From positions 381,814 to 445,813 of the forward strand of contig CAWJTV010000028.1 in assembly GCA_963845755.1 (NCBI GenBank): a DNA stretch of 64,000 nucleotides, written 5' to 3'. Made by a program: the position numbers and the translations under genes. Below the pieces are notes generated by a model. That model was given only the letters and a program-made list of their open reading frames with translations. It was not told where the DNA came from and searched no databases. This DNA comes from an uncultured Planctomycetota bacterium. GTDB lineage: Bacteria > Planctomycetota > Planctomycetia > Isosphaerales > Isosphaeraceae. Position 1 is the stretch's first letter, and each line of letters starts with the position of its first letter. This document shows positions 9,429-21,563 of the stretch, piece by piece.

Positions 9429-12400
9429 TCAACGTGCCGCGCTGTTGGCCCCGCCGCTCAGCCGCGCTCCGTTGATCCAGTCAAGCAGCGTCTGATACTC
9501 GCGAGAATTCGGCTCGAAACGAACGCCGCCGGCATGGGCTTTCTTGGTGGGGTCATTCTGGGCCTCGGCCTCTTCGGCGGCTTCCCAGGTTGGCTTGCCG
9601 AGGATGAGGCTGTCCGACGGTCGTGCGAGGTTCACAACATGCAGGGCCGCCCGATAATTGGCCCGGACGGCTTCCGGCGCCCGAGCGCCGTCCTTGCTCG
9701 GCTGGACCATCTTCAAGATGGTGTGCGAGCGATGGCAGCCCATGCAGTTCTGGCCGTCCTCGCCCATCCGGTTGAAGATCGGCAGGACCTTGGCCTGGAA
9801 GAAGGCGAGGTCCAGTCGGTCCGCGGTGCCGTCGCCCGCACTGGAACGACCACGAGAGGTGAGCAACGCCCGAGCGATCTCCCGATGCCGCTGACCGGCG
9901 GTCTCGGCGCGAGCCAGCTCGCGCAGCGTATTCTCGATCGCCGCGTTCGCCAGCAACGCCGGGTTCTTCTGGATGAGCTGGAGTGCTTTCTCCCGGACTC
10001 CGCCGTGCTCGGCCACCAGGGCATCGCTCACGACGCCGAGCAACCGCAAGTCGCCGCGGAGTTTGGCCTCGGTTCCGATCCGATCCAGGAGGGCGATGCG
10101 CGCCGGCGGTTCGTTGTCGTCGAGGGCCCGGCGCAACGCGGATTCGGCGACTTTCGACCTCGGCTCCAGTGCCAGTCGGATCGAAGCGACCCGGACCTGG
10201 GCATCCCTGTCGCGCAGGCCGCGCTCGATCGACTCGCGGACCGGTCGTTCAGTCCAGAGGACCGGGAACGCCCGCAGTGCGGTCAGGGCTGCGGCGCGGA
10301 CGGTCGCCGCCTCGCTCCCGAGATGAGAACGAACTTTCGTCGCGGGGTCGGTCTCAGAGGCAACCTCGGCGACCGGTCCGATCTGGCCGAGGATACCCAG
10401 GGCCGCAGCTCGCGGGTCGGCACCCGGTTGCGCCAGCAAGTCGTTGACCAGGGTGAGCGTCGCGGTATCGAGCTCGCCCGCGGCGACTTTCAGAGGAAAC
10501 TCTCGGCTCATGGTCGTTCCCCAGGCGCGGACCTCGGCGTCCGTATCGCCCAGACGACGCAGGATCGAACGGGCCAGGTTAGCCGAGCGGTCGCCTCGAA
10601 TCGTCACCAGGGACTGAATGCCAGACGCCGGATCGTCGGGTCGGGATCGGACATCGCGGCGGTCAAAGATTCTTCGATCGCGGTAAGCGTGTCGCCGTGG
10701 AAGACCATCGGCTCGAGGTCGTTGCCAATCCGCCCTCCCAGCACCGGCCGTTCGAAGAATTCCGACATCGCGCGAAGCACGCCCTCGCGCTGGAGCCGGT
10801 TGCCATGCTCGAGTACTCTCACGTACTTGGATCCCAATCGATTGACCGTCGCGTGCTGGGACTCGGTCGCTCGGCGCCGATCTTCCTGGCGGGAAAGCGA
10901 CGGGATCCAGTTGTTGTCGAGGTAGCGGATGTTCTCGTCACCGATGATATAGAGGGCCTCGATCAGGTTGCGCCGGACCCACGGATGGCGTGGTTCGGTC
11001 AGAGCGTCGATGAGGCGGTCCTCGATCCGGTTCCGCAGGCTGAGATCGCCCCTCCAGTACCAATACCGCCACAACCCCTTGATGGCCTGCATGGCGACAA
11101 CCGAATCGGAGTCGTCCAGTCGTCCGAGCAAGGCTTCGGCCAGGTCCGGCTCCTGCGAGAGGTCGCGGAAATGGGCGGCGAACACCCGCGTCGCGCCGCG
11201 ACGAGTCCGGTCGTCCGACGAGCCCAGCGCCGCGCGGACCGATTCGACCAGGAGCCGCTGAGCCTCGGTCTGGCCCGGCCGGACGGAGGCGTTCACCCGG
11301 TTTCCGATCATCCGCACGGCCTCGGCGGCGGCCCTGCGCACCACCTTGCTCTCGTCGCCAAGGCATTTCGTCAATCCGTTCATCGCCGACTCATCTCCGA
11401 TCCGGCCCAGGGTGCGGCAGGCGGCGTAGCGTACGATCGGCGCCTCATGCGCAAGTTGGGTGACAATTTCCTGTCGGAGGGGAGCGCTGGGGACGTCCCA
11501 GATACGCTCCAGGTCGCGGATCAACGTGGCCGGCGAGCCCACGCGGAGCGTTCCAGGCTGAGGGCCGAGGGGACCATTCCAACCGTTCGGACGAGCTTGG
11601 GGACTGGGGAAAAGCGCCGACAAAGCCATCAGAGCCCACTGGGTCTCCCGGAACGGCGTGCGGAACTGCTCATACGGGTTGATGTCGAACCAGCCGCCGA
11701 AAGCCTGCTGGCGGGTCAGCAGGGCCACGATCCCCCGCCGCATGGCGGGATCATCCGGCTTTCGGCCGGCGAGAACCAGGGCATAGAGGCTCTCGCCGGT
11801 CTGCATCTCGGTCAATGGGTAATTGAGGTCAAATCTGACCGACCAGTGACCGTTGGGTGCGCTGGAGCGAAAGCAGCCATCCGACGTTCGATGCGATCGG
11901 CCCGGCGAGTTTCTCCTGTCTCGCGTCAAGCTGGCAGAGGCCGATCGTCTGCGCCGCCAGATCGCGGGTATTTGCCGGCTTTCCCGTGGGGAGAAGCCTC
12001 GCGACAAGATCGCGAGTCGCAGCAAATCGGGGGTCGCTCGTTCGGTGCGCGATCTCGTCGAGCTGTCGCCAGCTATCCGCGGCAACCTTATACCGGCTCA
12101 CCGGGTTGTTGCCATTGGTCTCGTCGGGCGGCAGGGCGGTCCGACCATCATAGTAGAGCTTGAGGAACTCGGCGACGCCGCGATGAAGGTTGTCGTGGTG
12201 GTCGCCGGCGATCCGATCTTCGTAATCCATGACCATGGTCGAGAGCCGGCCCAGGACGTTCGCCGGCGCCGGAATCATCCGCGCCCAGAGGGCTTCTTCG
12301 TGGCCATGGAAGGGAACGGGGTTGTTCGCCAACCGCTCGGTAAGGAACCGGAGCGCAAAGGGCTGCTCGACATCATACCCCGACTTGACGGCGGCCAGGA

Positions 12401-13556
12401 CCGACTGCGTGGTAAAGTGGGTCGCGTGGCAGGCGATGCAAGTGGAGGTCTCGTGGTGGAAGTTGGCCACGCGATCGAGGGGATTTCCCTTGCGTGGCGT
12501 GTTGGCATGCCAGCTATCGCCGGCCAGGAGTTGGAAGTCCATTGCGGTGCGGATCGCCTTCCGCGCAGCCGCCGCAATTGTCTCGGGCGAGGCCTTAGCG
12601 ACCTCCTTGGACTCGAGATACGGCGGCAGATCGAACACCTTAGTGCGAAGTTGATACTCCGGTTGGCAGGCATCGACCCGTACGAAATAGGTCCCCCGAG
12701 CGATCACGCGGGTGGTGAACTTGTTGGCGCCGAGGCGCGGCGGCCGCTCGCGCTGGAGGCTCTGAGGGTCGATCCCCTGGGTGAATTCAACCAGACGGCC
12801 ATCCTGCTTCTGGTAGATTCGCACGTCGGGCGGAACATCCCGGTTGACGAAGTCGAGAGCGAAGAAGACGAGTTGCGGATGATCCGAATCGTGGGTGAAC
12901 CTGAACCAGTTGACCCCCGGACCGGCTTCCGGGTCGGCCGGCTGGTCCCCGGTCGGGAGATAAGGCCGGTCATCGGCCAGACCGTAGACCGTTCGTCCCA
13001 GCGTTAGGGGATTGGCCGACTCGGGCGTGTCGTTCGGTTCGGTTTCGAAAGCGACGCTGTCGTCGTTGACACGCTCTGCTTTGCGGACCGTGGACGTTTC
13101 CGGCGAAGTACCCAGATCCGCGACCCTTACGGCCACATTCAACGTCGAACCGGCGGTCCTCGATCTCGCAACGGGCGGACTGGTAACCGTAACCCGAACG
13201 GCTTCGCCTTTCGCCTGCTGGACGATCCAGTCCACGTCCGGATCACCAAGATGTAGGGGCTTCGTCAGGGTCGAGGCGGCATTCCCTCTCGTGTTCGTCG
13301 GCTCGAGGTGCGCGGTGATCGTCAAGCCTGGCTCGATTCGGCCTGGAGCTTGAAATGAGACCAGTACCGATCGCAGTCGGGCTTCGGCCGGGGCCGGCAC
13401 TTCCAGGATCAGCGATGCGCCCGGGACCAACGGGCTGACGACACTGGGAAGCTCGGAGACCGGCTCAGCTCCCCGGAGAGTGCACGCGACCGGAATCCCG
13501 GATCCGAAAACCGTGGCCAGGATGGCCGTAAGGTGCGTGGTCCGCCCCAGGCTCAT
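9429..13556 (-). CDS. Large (~1370 aa) secreted protein: PPC-like domain, prenyltransferase/squalene-cyclase-like repeats, HEAT repeats, two CxxCH motifs; 2 frameshifts (~11850, ~10615)
   Basis: Signal peptide; ETEPNDTPESAN; TCIACH; LLSLQR..GHW and LLTRQQAFGGW repeats; HEAT repeats; C-terminal FFQAKVLPIF...NCMGCH...HAGG...LLDWING. Confidence 0.82.
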
Positions 13557-13685
13557 TGCTCGTCCCTCCGCCACTCCCATTGGGATTTCCATCGCAAACG
13601 CCCGCGCTATGTTAACACATAGTCGGAGAGTCGTTGTAGCAGGTGCTCTCCACCCAGGCTGACATCGCCCGAAACCTGAAGATCG

Positions 13686-13726
13686 CCATTCCTGACCTGA
13701 GACGAGGCATCAGGAAATTCCCTATG
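13686..13726. promoter_or_regulatory. Putative NarL/LuxR-type operator upstream of the sigma70 gene
   Basis: CATCAGGAAATTCCCTAT; 15/18 match to the reverse complement of 19316-19333; related to 4783-4816. Confidence 0.45.
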
Positions 13727-14040
13727 TCTTAATAAGGATATTCGGGGTTTGAAAACGCCAATCTATTCGTGGTAGCATAGGCAGCGCGAGAGAGGCAAAG
13801 AGGCGTAATGAGACGCTGGACGTCTGGTTAGGCGATTCGCCAAGTAAGAGCGACGTTGAACGCCGAGTTGGCCTCCGCACCATCGCGAAGACAGCGGCAC
13901 CAATGAGGGATCAGTACTCGGAGCGATGGGCCGAGGGCACCCGGGAGCCCTGTCGCGATCCGGTGGCGCTCTTGTGATCCCGTTAGTCGTGGTCGGCAAG
14001 GCAGCCGGACGGAATGCAATCGGACGGTAGCTAACATCCC

Positions 14041-15090
14041 ATGGGAGCTGACTCCATGATTCCTGCCATGCATCCCTCTCCATTCACATCACCGCCCACA
14101 TCCGAATGCCTTGAAGAAGGGAAGCGATATCGAGGCCTTCCACGCGACGAGGTGGAACGGTTGGCCGCCCGGATCGCCGATGGTGATCGCGAGGCTCGAA
14201 ACCTCTTGGTCAAAGCGAATCTTGGTTTGGTGAGGCAGGTCGCACGCCGATATGTCGGCCGGGGCCTGGCGATCGATGATCTGGTGGGTGAAGGGAACCT
14301 CGGACTGATCCGTGCGGCCGAGGAGTTTGATCCGGGGGTTGGGGCGTCGTTCAGTACTTATGCCACCTACTGGATCAAGCAATCAATCCTTTCGGCCGTG
14401 ATGAATACGGCCGATACCATCCGTGTCCCAGCGCATGTCTTCCGCCTCCTGACGCGATGGAGGCGGACGGAGCAATCGCTGGGTCTCGCGAACGGCCGGC
14501 CGCCGAGCTACGAGGAGGTCGCATCCGAAATGGGATTGAACGACCATCAGAAGCTCCTCGTGATCAAGGCCCTCCACGCCAGGGATTTGCGATCGGAGAG
14601 CGTCCTGCCGGGCAACTCACGTCCCTGGTCGGCCGGGATGACGAGAGAGGGCCATGAGGGACCAGAAGACCTGCTCGAGGCCGATGAAGAACGGAATGGT
14701 CTGCACCAGCGGCTGCGCCGGCTCGACAGCCACGAACGCGCCGTGTTGATCCTGCGCTACGGCCTGGGCGACGATCGGCCGATGAAGCTCCACGAGGTCG
14801 GCCTTCGACTGGGACTGTCGAGGGAGTGGACGCGCAAGGTTGCCGACCAGGCACTCCGTAAGCTTATCGACAGCTTTGCCGCGAATCACAACGGGATCGT
14901 CGGGGACGCGCAGAAACCCACCCGACGGCGGGGATCGAAAACCCTCAAGCGTCTGAAGGCCGCTCCCCGATCGGTGGCCGGCCACGAGACCACGGTCGAA
15001 CCGACTTCTTCTGAAGGCAACCTGGGTCGCCTTTGTCCCGAGGCCCCTCCTACGGTCCAGGACAGCGCCGGCCTGGGACTCTGCGGCTGA
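14041..15090 (+). CDS. RpoD/RpoS-type sigma70 family factor lacking region 1.1
   Basis: ANLGLVRQVARRY, DLVGEGNLGLIRAAEEFDP, FSTYATYWIKQSI, region 4 ERAVLILRYGL...LGLSRE. Confidence 0.92.
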   Translation: MGADSMIPAMHPSPFTSPPTSECLEEGKRYRGLPRDEVERLAARIADGDREARNLLVKANLGLVRQVARRYVGRGLAIDDLVGEGNLGLIRAAEEFDPGVGASFSTYATYWIKQSILSAVMNTADTIRVPAHVFRLLTRWRRTEQSLGLANGRPPSYEEVASEMGLNDHQKLLVIKALHARDLRSESVLPGNSRPWSAGMTREGHEGPEDLLEADEERNGLHQRLRRLDSHERAVLILRYGLGDDRPMKLHEVGLRLGLSREWTRKVADQALRKLIDSFAANHNGIVGDAQKPTRRRGSKTLKRLKAAPRSVAGHETTVEPTSSEGNLGRLCPEAPPTVQDSAGLGLCG

Positions 15091-16435
15091 TCGCCGCTTC
15101 CCGCTGTCATCGCCCGTGAGAACAGCGCACGCCCTCTCGATGACACGACGGGGACCCGCGTCCGAATTCCATCCCTACGACTCGCAAAAACGTGATTAGC
15201 CTACCGAGGCCCTGAGTCATCTTGTTCCTCCATCACTGCCGATCGATCCTCCTTCCCCATAGCTCGATCTCGGCGACAAACCTACCTACCGTCTTCCGTG
15301 GTCTCCGGGACATCCGGAAGTTGCTTGAACCTCCATCCTGGAGGCTCGAGCGGTTTTCGGAGCAGTTTCTGAATTTCTCGGCTCATGAGCCAAATTGAGT
15401 AACGACACGCGCCCGCAGATCCGTACAGTGGGTAAAAATCACGAGCCGGTCTGCGTTTATGGTGGGTTGAGCCCGGCTAGGACCAGATGGTCATGCCTAA
15501 TTTTGGACCATGAGCCAAACCTTGCCGTCGAGCCCAAGCGTCATATATTCTTTGGGTCAATGTTGAAGTCGGGCATGAATTAGGATTCGAGCCTCGATCA
15601 CGGGCACGACTTGCGAAACCCGGAATAGTGGCTCTTTTCAACGAGCAGCGGTCCTCTCTGATCTTGCTATTGATTGCCGATTGGTTTAGCCTTTGTTTGA
15701 ACACAAGCTGGATTGACTTTTTTCACTTACGAATCATTGCAATGGAGAGTGCAAGCACACTAGTAAACTCGAATGCAATCGACGCGATTGGGGTGGATTC
15801 GTGTAGGTCCAAGTCCATCTGGAGAGCGTCCCCTTGTTTGGTGTTCGCGGTGTACGGCCTGTCCTGGAAGGAGGTTCTGAACCAACACCACGATGTGGAG
15901 CGGTCTTTTGAACCCCCGAACGGGAGCCCACGTCGTGATCTTCCCAGTGAACCCGTGAAATCGTTTGTGTGCCGCTTCGCCTGCATGTAATCGCCTCCCT
16001 GTCATTCTGACAGTATGGATCGAAGCAGGGCGGGAAACAACATACCGCTATATATAGCAAGATATAGTTAACATTCGGACAGCTCGGCCCATTCTGTGTC
16101 GAGACTGGAAACAGATCCTCCCCGGACAGCAATCATCCTTCGTATTCAACTCGTGAAACGAGGCCGTTGTGACCGTCACGCGCAGTGAATGGGGAGGCGT
16201 CCCGTCGCGGAGTTCAAACGGTGCGACCAAGGGCTCGGAGGCACTTACCAGGGATGACAATACGGCAGTGACCGAGTCCACGTGAGCTATCGATTGGGAG
16301 GTTCAAGCGTGCCTGTAGTCAAGAGTTTCGGAAACGATACGAGTGGAGGCATGGATTCCATCAGTCATTCTTCCAAATCCCAGAATAAAATAAGTGACAT
16401 CAAGACCTGCTTGGGAGAGCGAGGTCGAAATCATC

Positions 16436-18648
16436 ATGGCGACGATTCTGGTTGTTGACGACCGGCCGGAGAATCGCGAATTACTCGTCGAGATCCTTGG
16501 CTTGTCGGGTTACGAGTTGCGCGAGGCGGCCGACTGCGCCGAGGCCCTGATGATCACGCGGCGCGACCGCCCCGACCTGGTGATCGCAGATATCCTCACA
16601 CCGAGGATGGACGGCTACGATTTCGTGCGCGAGGTGAGAGCCGACCGCACGGTTGCCTCTACCCCTGTGATCTTCTACACGGCCATCTATCGCCAAAGCG
16701 AGGCACGACTCTTGTGCAGAAATGCGGAGTGACCCACTTGCTGGCGAAGCCGGTGGTTCTGGAGGAGGTCCTGCGGACGGTAGCCGAGGTTCTGGGCACG
16801 ACCCGAAATGAGGAGACAGCCCCGACCGCCGGTGAGATCGAACGCGATCATGTGCGACTGCTCAACAACGCAATGTTGGAGAAGGTCCGTGAATTGGAGA
16901 TGGCCAACCATCGCCTGACACGGCTCATCGATCTCGGGAGATCACTGGCCCTGGAGGGTGATCTTTGTCGGCTGCTGGACCGATATTGTCGGTCCGGGTG
17001 CGACATGATCGGAGCGCGCTATGCCGTTCTGGGTGTGCTGGAGGAAAATGGGGAGGGGTTTGACGACCTCATGACCCACGGATTCGACTCCGAGTCGGCC
17101 ATCCGGCTGGACGGCCCATCGCCCGGCGAAGGTCTGCTGCGCCGCGTCGTGGTCGGAGGAGTGCCCTTGCGTGCCGGCGTCGGTGTCCAGGACCGTGTGC
17201 CGTACTTCTTCCCGGGTCATCCCCTGGCCGGAGCCTTCCTCGGAGTGCCCGTGGCCACGCCAGGGCATCGATACGGGGTGCTCGCATTCATCGATAAACT
17301 GGGCAACGACGAATTCGACGCCGACGATGAAGCGTTGGCCGTAAGTCTGGCGGCGCAGCTTGCCGTCGCGTACGAAGGCACGCGCCGTCAGACCGAACTC
17401 GCGCGGGGTGCCGCCCGCCTCGAACGTTATGAAGAACAGTTGGCCATCCTGCGACGGATCGATCAGGCGATCCTTTCGGCAAATCAGCCCCGAGAGCTCG
17501 CTTCCGCCGTGGTGCGCAATCTCCGCCAGCTCCTCGGCTGCTGGTCTGTCGGAGTCTGGGTCTTCGACTGGGAGACCCGGACGGCCGAGCGCCTGGCCTC
17601 GGAGGGTGCGACCGAGCTATTGCTGCCCCCGGGTACGAAGGTGCCCCTGGACGCACTCGATGTCCGAGACCTCGAGGCCCTCAGCGCGGGACAGGACCGG
17701 ATTATCGAGGACGTCTCGCTCTTGCCCGAACCGGCTCAGACGATTCGGATGCTCCAGACGGCTGGGCTCCGGTCGTACACCCGGATTCCGCTAGCCCTCG
17801 AGAGCCAGGTGATCGGCACGCTCGTGCTGAGCTCGGACCAACCCGGTTCCCTCGATGCGGAACAGCTCGGGATCGCCCACCAGGTTGCCGATCACCTGGC
17901 GATCGCCATGCGCCACGCGCTGCTATTTCACCAGGTGCGTACGGGAGGCGAGCGGCTGCGCACCCTCTCGCACCAGTTGCTCAAGGCCCAGGAGGAGGAG
18001 CGCCGCCGCATCGCCCGCGAGTTGCACGACGAGATTGGACAGTCACTGACGGCCGTGAAGATCAACCTGCAAGGGGCGACGGGCGGCAAATCGGCAAGGT
18101 CATCCTCGAGCTATCTCCGCGAGAGTGTTGGGCTGATCGACGTGGTCCTGCGGCAGGTGCGCAACCTCTCGCTCGACCTGCGGCCTTCGGTGCTGGACGA
18201 TCTGGGGTTGGCGGCCTCGGTGCGATCGCACCTGGACCGTACCTCGAGGCGCGCGGGATTCGTCGGGTCATTCGCGGCCGACCCTCCGGAGATCCGCCTG
18301 TTGCCCGAGATCGAGACCGAGTGCTTCCGCGTCGTCCAGGAAGCCCTGACGAACGTGGTGCGTCATGCCGGGGCACGACGGGTGGAAGTCACCTTGTTCC
18401 GGCGCGGCGACCTCCTGGAGCTGGTCGTCCAGGACGACGGGGCGGGATTCGACGTCGCCGCGGCACGGCGGCGCGCCGCCCGCGGCGGCAGCCTCGGGCT
18501 CCTCGGCATGCAGGAGCGGGCCGCCCTGCTCGGCGGCGCGATCACCATCGAAGCCGTCCCCGGCCGCGGCACCAAGGTCCACCTGCGCATCCCCCTGGCC
18601 GACCCGGGATCGTCGAGAGGCCCTGAAGGCGAAGAGGAACCCCGATGA
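16436..18648 (+). CDS. Hybrid sensor histidine kinase REC-GAF-GAF-HisKA_3-HATPase; frameshift near 16715
   Basis: ILVVDD...PDLVIAD...MDGY; two GAF domains; ERRRIARELHDEIGQSLT; QEALTNVVRH; DDGAGF; GLLGMQER. Confidence 0.92.
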
Positions 18649-19298
18649 CCGCCATTCGCATCCTAATCGCCGACGACCATACGCTTCTCCGCGCCGGCCT
18701 TCGAGCCCTGCTCGAAAACATGCCCGGCGTCGAGGTCGTCGCGGAAGCCGGGAACGGCCGGGAAGCTCTGGCTGCGGTCGAGGCCCATCGGCCAAGCGTC
18801 GTGCTGACCGACATCGCGATGGCCGAGATCAACGGCCTGGAGCTGGCCGAGCGGCTGGGCCGCGACTTCCCCGAGATCAAGACGATCATCCTTTCCATGC
18901 ACAACCAAGAGGAGTATGTCTGCCGCGCCATCCAGGCCGGCGCGGTCGGATACCTCGTGAAAGACTCCGGCACGGTCGAGTTGGGCCTGGCGATCCAGGC
19001 GGTCGCCCGCGGCGAATCCTATCTGAGCCCGTCGGTCTCCAAACACGTCATCGCCGACTACCTCCGCCGCACCGGCAGCGACCCGCACGGCCATGGCCTC
19101 CTGACACCCCGCCAACGCGAGATCCTCCGGTTCATCGCCCTCGGTCAGAGCACCAAGGCCATCGCCCGAACCCTGGGCATCAGTGTCAAAACTGTCGAAA
19201 CCCATCGCGCGCAGATCATGGATCGCCTCGACATCTACGACATCCCCGGGCTGGTCCGGTACGCCATCCGCAACGGCATGGCCGACCTCAACGCTTAG
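18645..19298 (+). CDS. NarL/LuxR family response regulator
   Basis: ILIADDHTLLRAGL; LTPRQREIL...TKAIARTLGISVKTVETHR; ATGA overlap with the kinase stop. Confidence 0.95.
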   Translation: MTAIRILIADDHTLLRAGLRALLENMPGVEVVAEAGNGREALAAVEAHRPSVVLTDIAMAEINGLELAERLGRDFPEIKTIILSMHNQEEYVCRAIQAGAVGYLVKDSGTVELGLAIQAVARGESYLSPSVSKHVIADYLRRTGSDPHGHGLLTPRQREILRFIALGQSTKAIARTLGISVKTVETHRAQIMDRLDIYDIPGLVRYAIRNGMADLNA

Positions 19299-19517
19299 AG
19301 GAAAGCCGGCTCGAGATCGGGGATTTTCTGATGCGTCCCTCAGAAAGCTCCCGAAGGACAGTCGCTGTTCAATTGGCGACAATCCTTCGTGGGCAAGAGC
19401 GACGAATCGACCGAATCATGCAGCGACTCGACCAGGGGCACCCGATGCTCGCCCGCGTGCCCTCACTCGGTCAAGATGAGCGGAAGACTTCCCTCGGCGA
19501 CGGAGTCGAAGGCATCG

Positions 19518-19898
19518 ATGAAGAAATCCAACTCGCAACGCATGCGTACTGGCGGGAGCCCGTCTTCCCGTCGATGGTCTGAGTCGGCTGGCCGCGGGTT
19601 CTCGCGACCCGCGCCCTCCGGAAAGACGTCCGCCTGGCCCGGGCGCGGCACTAGAGGAGGGCTCGAACCGTTTGAAGACGAACCGGACTGGATTCGCCGA
19701 GAGCTCCGTGCCCTGACTCTTGACTGCGATCGGGCAAGTTCCTATCTCGCGAAGCCCGGCTGCAACGTCGTGTTGGGGATGGCTCAGTTGGCGCGGACCA
19801 TGTTCAAGCGCTCCTGGATTCTCCGTTTCCTCCGAGATGACCGATCTCCCTGCGATGGTCGTGCCAACCTGTCCGCCGAACTCCGCCGGCCGATCTGA
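19518..19898 (+). CDS. Hypothetical protein
   Basis: ATG after GGAG; helical core RASSYLAKPGCNVVLGMAQL; lies within a + strand cluster. Confidence 0.45.
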   Translation: MKKSNSQRMRTGGSPSSRRWSESAGRGFSRPAPSGKTSAWPGRGTRGGLEPFEDEPDWIRRELRALTLDCDRASSYLAKPGCNVVLGMAQLARTMFKRSWILRFLRDDRSPCDGRANLSAELRRPI

Positions 19899-20029
19899 TC
19901 GTAAGGGAGGAAGCCGTGATCGCCCGAACCGAACCCCGGGCAACGACCAGCGAGGGTCCGCCCCTCGCCGCCGACAAGGACGTCGCATGTCCCCATGGGT
20001 CATCGGCGACCTTCCCCCGAGGAGGGCTC

Positions 20030-20401
20030 ATGCGACCTTGTCGAATTCTCCTGGTCGATGAGCATCACTTACTCCTGGAAGTCCTCAACCGGTTCCTCGC
20101 GGAGGTTCCCGGAATCGAGGTCGTCGCGTGCGCCAGCGACGGCCTCGAGGCGATGTCGTTAGCGGTCGCGCACCAGCCCGACCTCGTTGTCACCAACCTG
20201 GCCCTTCCCGGTCTCGGCGGCCTGGAGTTGACCCGCTCCCTGGCCGCGGGGCCACGTGCACCTCGCATCGTCCTGATGTCGTTCCACGACGAGTCCGAAT
20301 ACCGCCTCGCGGCCGACGCAGCAGGTGCCGACGGATTCATCCTCAAGCAGGAACTGGGCACGAAGCTCGTACCGATGATCCAGTCATTCATGGAAGAATG
20401 A
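20030..20401 (+). CDS. Single-domain response regulator receiver (degenerate)
   Basis: ILLVDEHHLL...QPDLVVTNLALPGLGGLE...GADGFILK; N occupies the usual phospho-acceptor D position. Confidence 0.85.
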   Translation: MRPCRILLVDEHHLLLEVLNRFLAEVPGIEVVACASDGLEAMSLAVAHQPDLVVTNLALPGLGGLELTRSLAAGPRAPRIVLMSFHDESEYRLAADAAGADGFILKQELGTKLVPMIQSFMEE

Positions 20402-20554
20402 AACGACTTGCAAGACCCAACGAATTCGCCATCCACGCCGGCGCGGGATGCGGGCTGCATGGCGAGCAATCGGCGGCGATCCCTCCTCCTGGGGTCGGCT
20501 CGGCCACTCTGGGAGTCCAACCCCTGCGGTCCACAGACCCGAGAGGAGGTGACG

Positions 20555-20983
20555 ATGTTAAGAAGCCAACGGAAGGAACAGCTCGGGATCACGCCAACTC
20601 CTCCGATCACCGCCGAGGACGACAGTCCCGACCGTCGAACTCTGCTCTACCTGCTGAGTTTCGTGCTGGCGGGCGTCGAGGGGATCCGTTCGACGCAAAT
20701 GACTCCCACGCCGACGCCGACTGAATGGCTCGAGCGCTGGGACGATGACGAATACACCTATCTTGAGGCGCGGATCCCCGGCGACGATTCGGAACTGGAA
20801 CTCGACCTGAACGTCGATAACGGAGTCATCTTCGCCCGAATTCGCCGTTCGACGCGCGGACTCGGTTGTCGAGGCCGGCCCAATCCACCCCGAGCGCCCG
20901 GGGCGGGCGGGCGAGGTGCGTGCGTGACTTGGAGACTGGGGCCCGGAGCCGGGAGGCTGGCCGATTGCGTCGGCAGGGCATGA
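20555..20983 (+). CDS. Hypothetical protein, possibly a truncated Hsp20-like beta domain
   Basis: Strong RBS GAGGAGGT; WDDDEYTYLEARIPG...LDLNVDNGVIFARI. Confidence 0.55.
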   Translation: MLRSQRKEQLGITPTPPITAEDDSPDRRTLLYLLSFVLAGVEGIRSTQMTPTPTPTEWLERWDDDEYTYLEARIPGDDSELELDLNVDNGVIFARIRRSTRGLGCRGRPNPPRAPGAGGRGACVTWRLGPGAGRLADCVGRA

Positions 20984-21034
20984 GCTTGGCCGCGGGGGCA
21001 AGGAAGCTCCCAGGCCGCCTCATCGCCCCCGGGC

Positions 21035-21563
21035 CTATTTCGCTGCAGTTACCCCGCCGGGCGCGCCCACCGAATCGTCCATCGGGTGTTCCCAGCGACA
21101 GATCATGTCGTAGTCTTCCAGGCGGAAGAACCAGACCGGGTTGCGGCCGAGAAGCGTGTAGCGGACCAGCGCGGGCGACTCCGCAGGCTCAAGATGCAAG
21201 CGAACTGTGAACTGGCGCGTGTTTTCGACATCCGACTGACCGAGAATCGCGAACGAGTTGAGCCGCTGATCGGGCCGCCGCTGTTTGTCCAGGAACTTCA
21301 CCGAGCTTGAATCGAAGGAAGCCGGCAACGGCGACGGGGCGTCGCGCCGTGCTCGGGGCCGATTCCAACGCCTGACGCGCCTCGGTCCAACCTGGCAGGT
21401 ATCCCGGCGGAGCCGGAGGTTTGTTCCACGCGTTGCAAGCGGACGTGCTGATGGCCCCCATCGCATAGAACGCCGGGTTGCCAAGCCCGCGAATCGGCAT
21501 GAGGAACATCGAGGATTCGACGTCGGCGTCGTGAGGTTCTTCATGGCGAGGAGATCCGGTCAT
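21035..21563 (-). CDS. Putative lipoprotein, paralog 1 of 3; frameshift near 21345
   Basis: STSAC...YLPGWTEARQALESA / FLDKQRRPDQRLNSFAILG...RQFTVRLHL...YTLLGRNPVWFFRLEDYDMIC; start uncertain. Confidence 0.75.

Noticed and set aside
9213..13007. Long + strand ORFs (570, 488 and 384 aa)
   Set aside because: Antisense shadows of the HEAT/CxxCH gene in GC-rich DNA; no motifs
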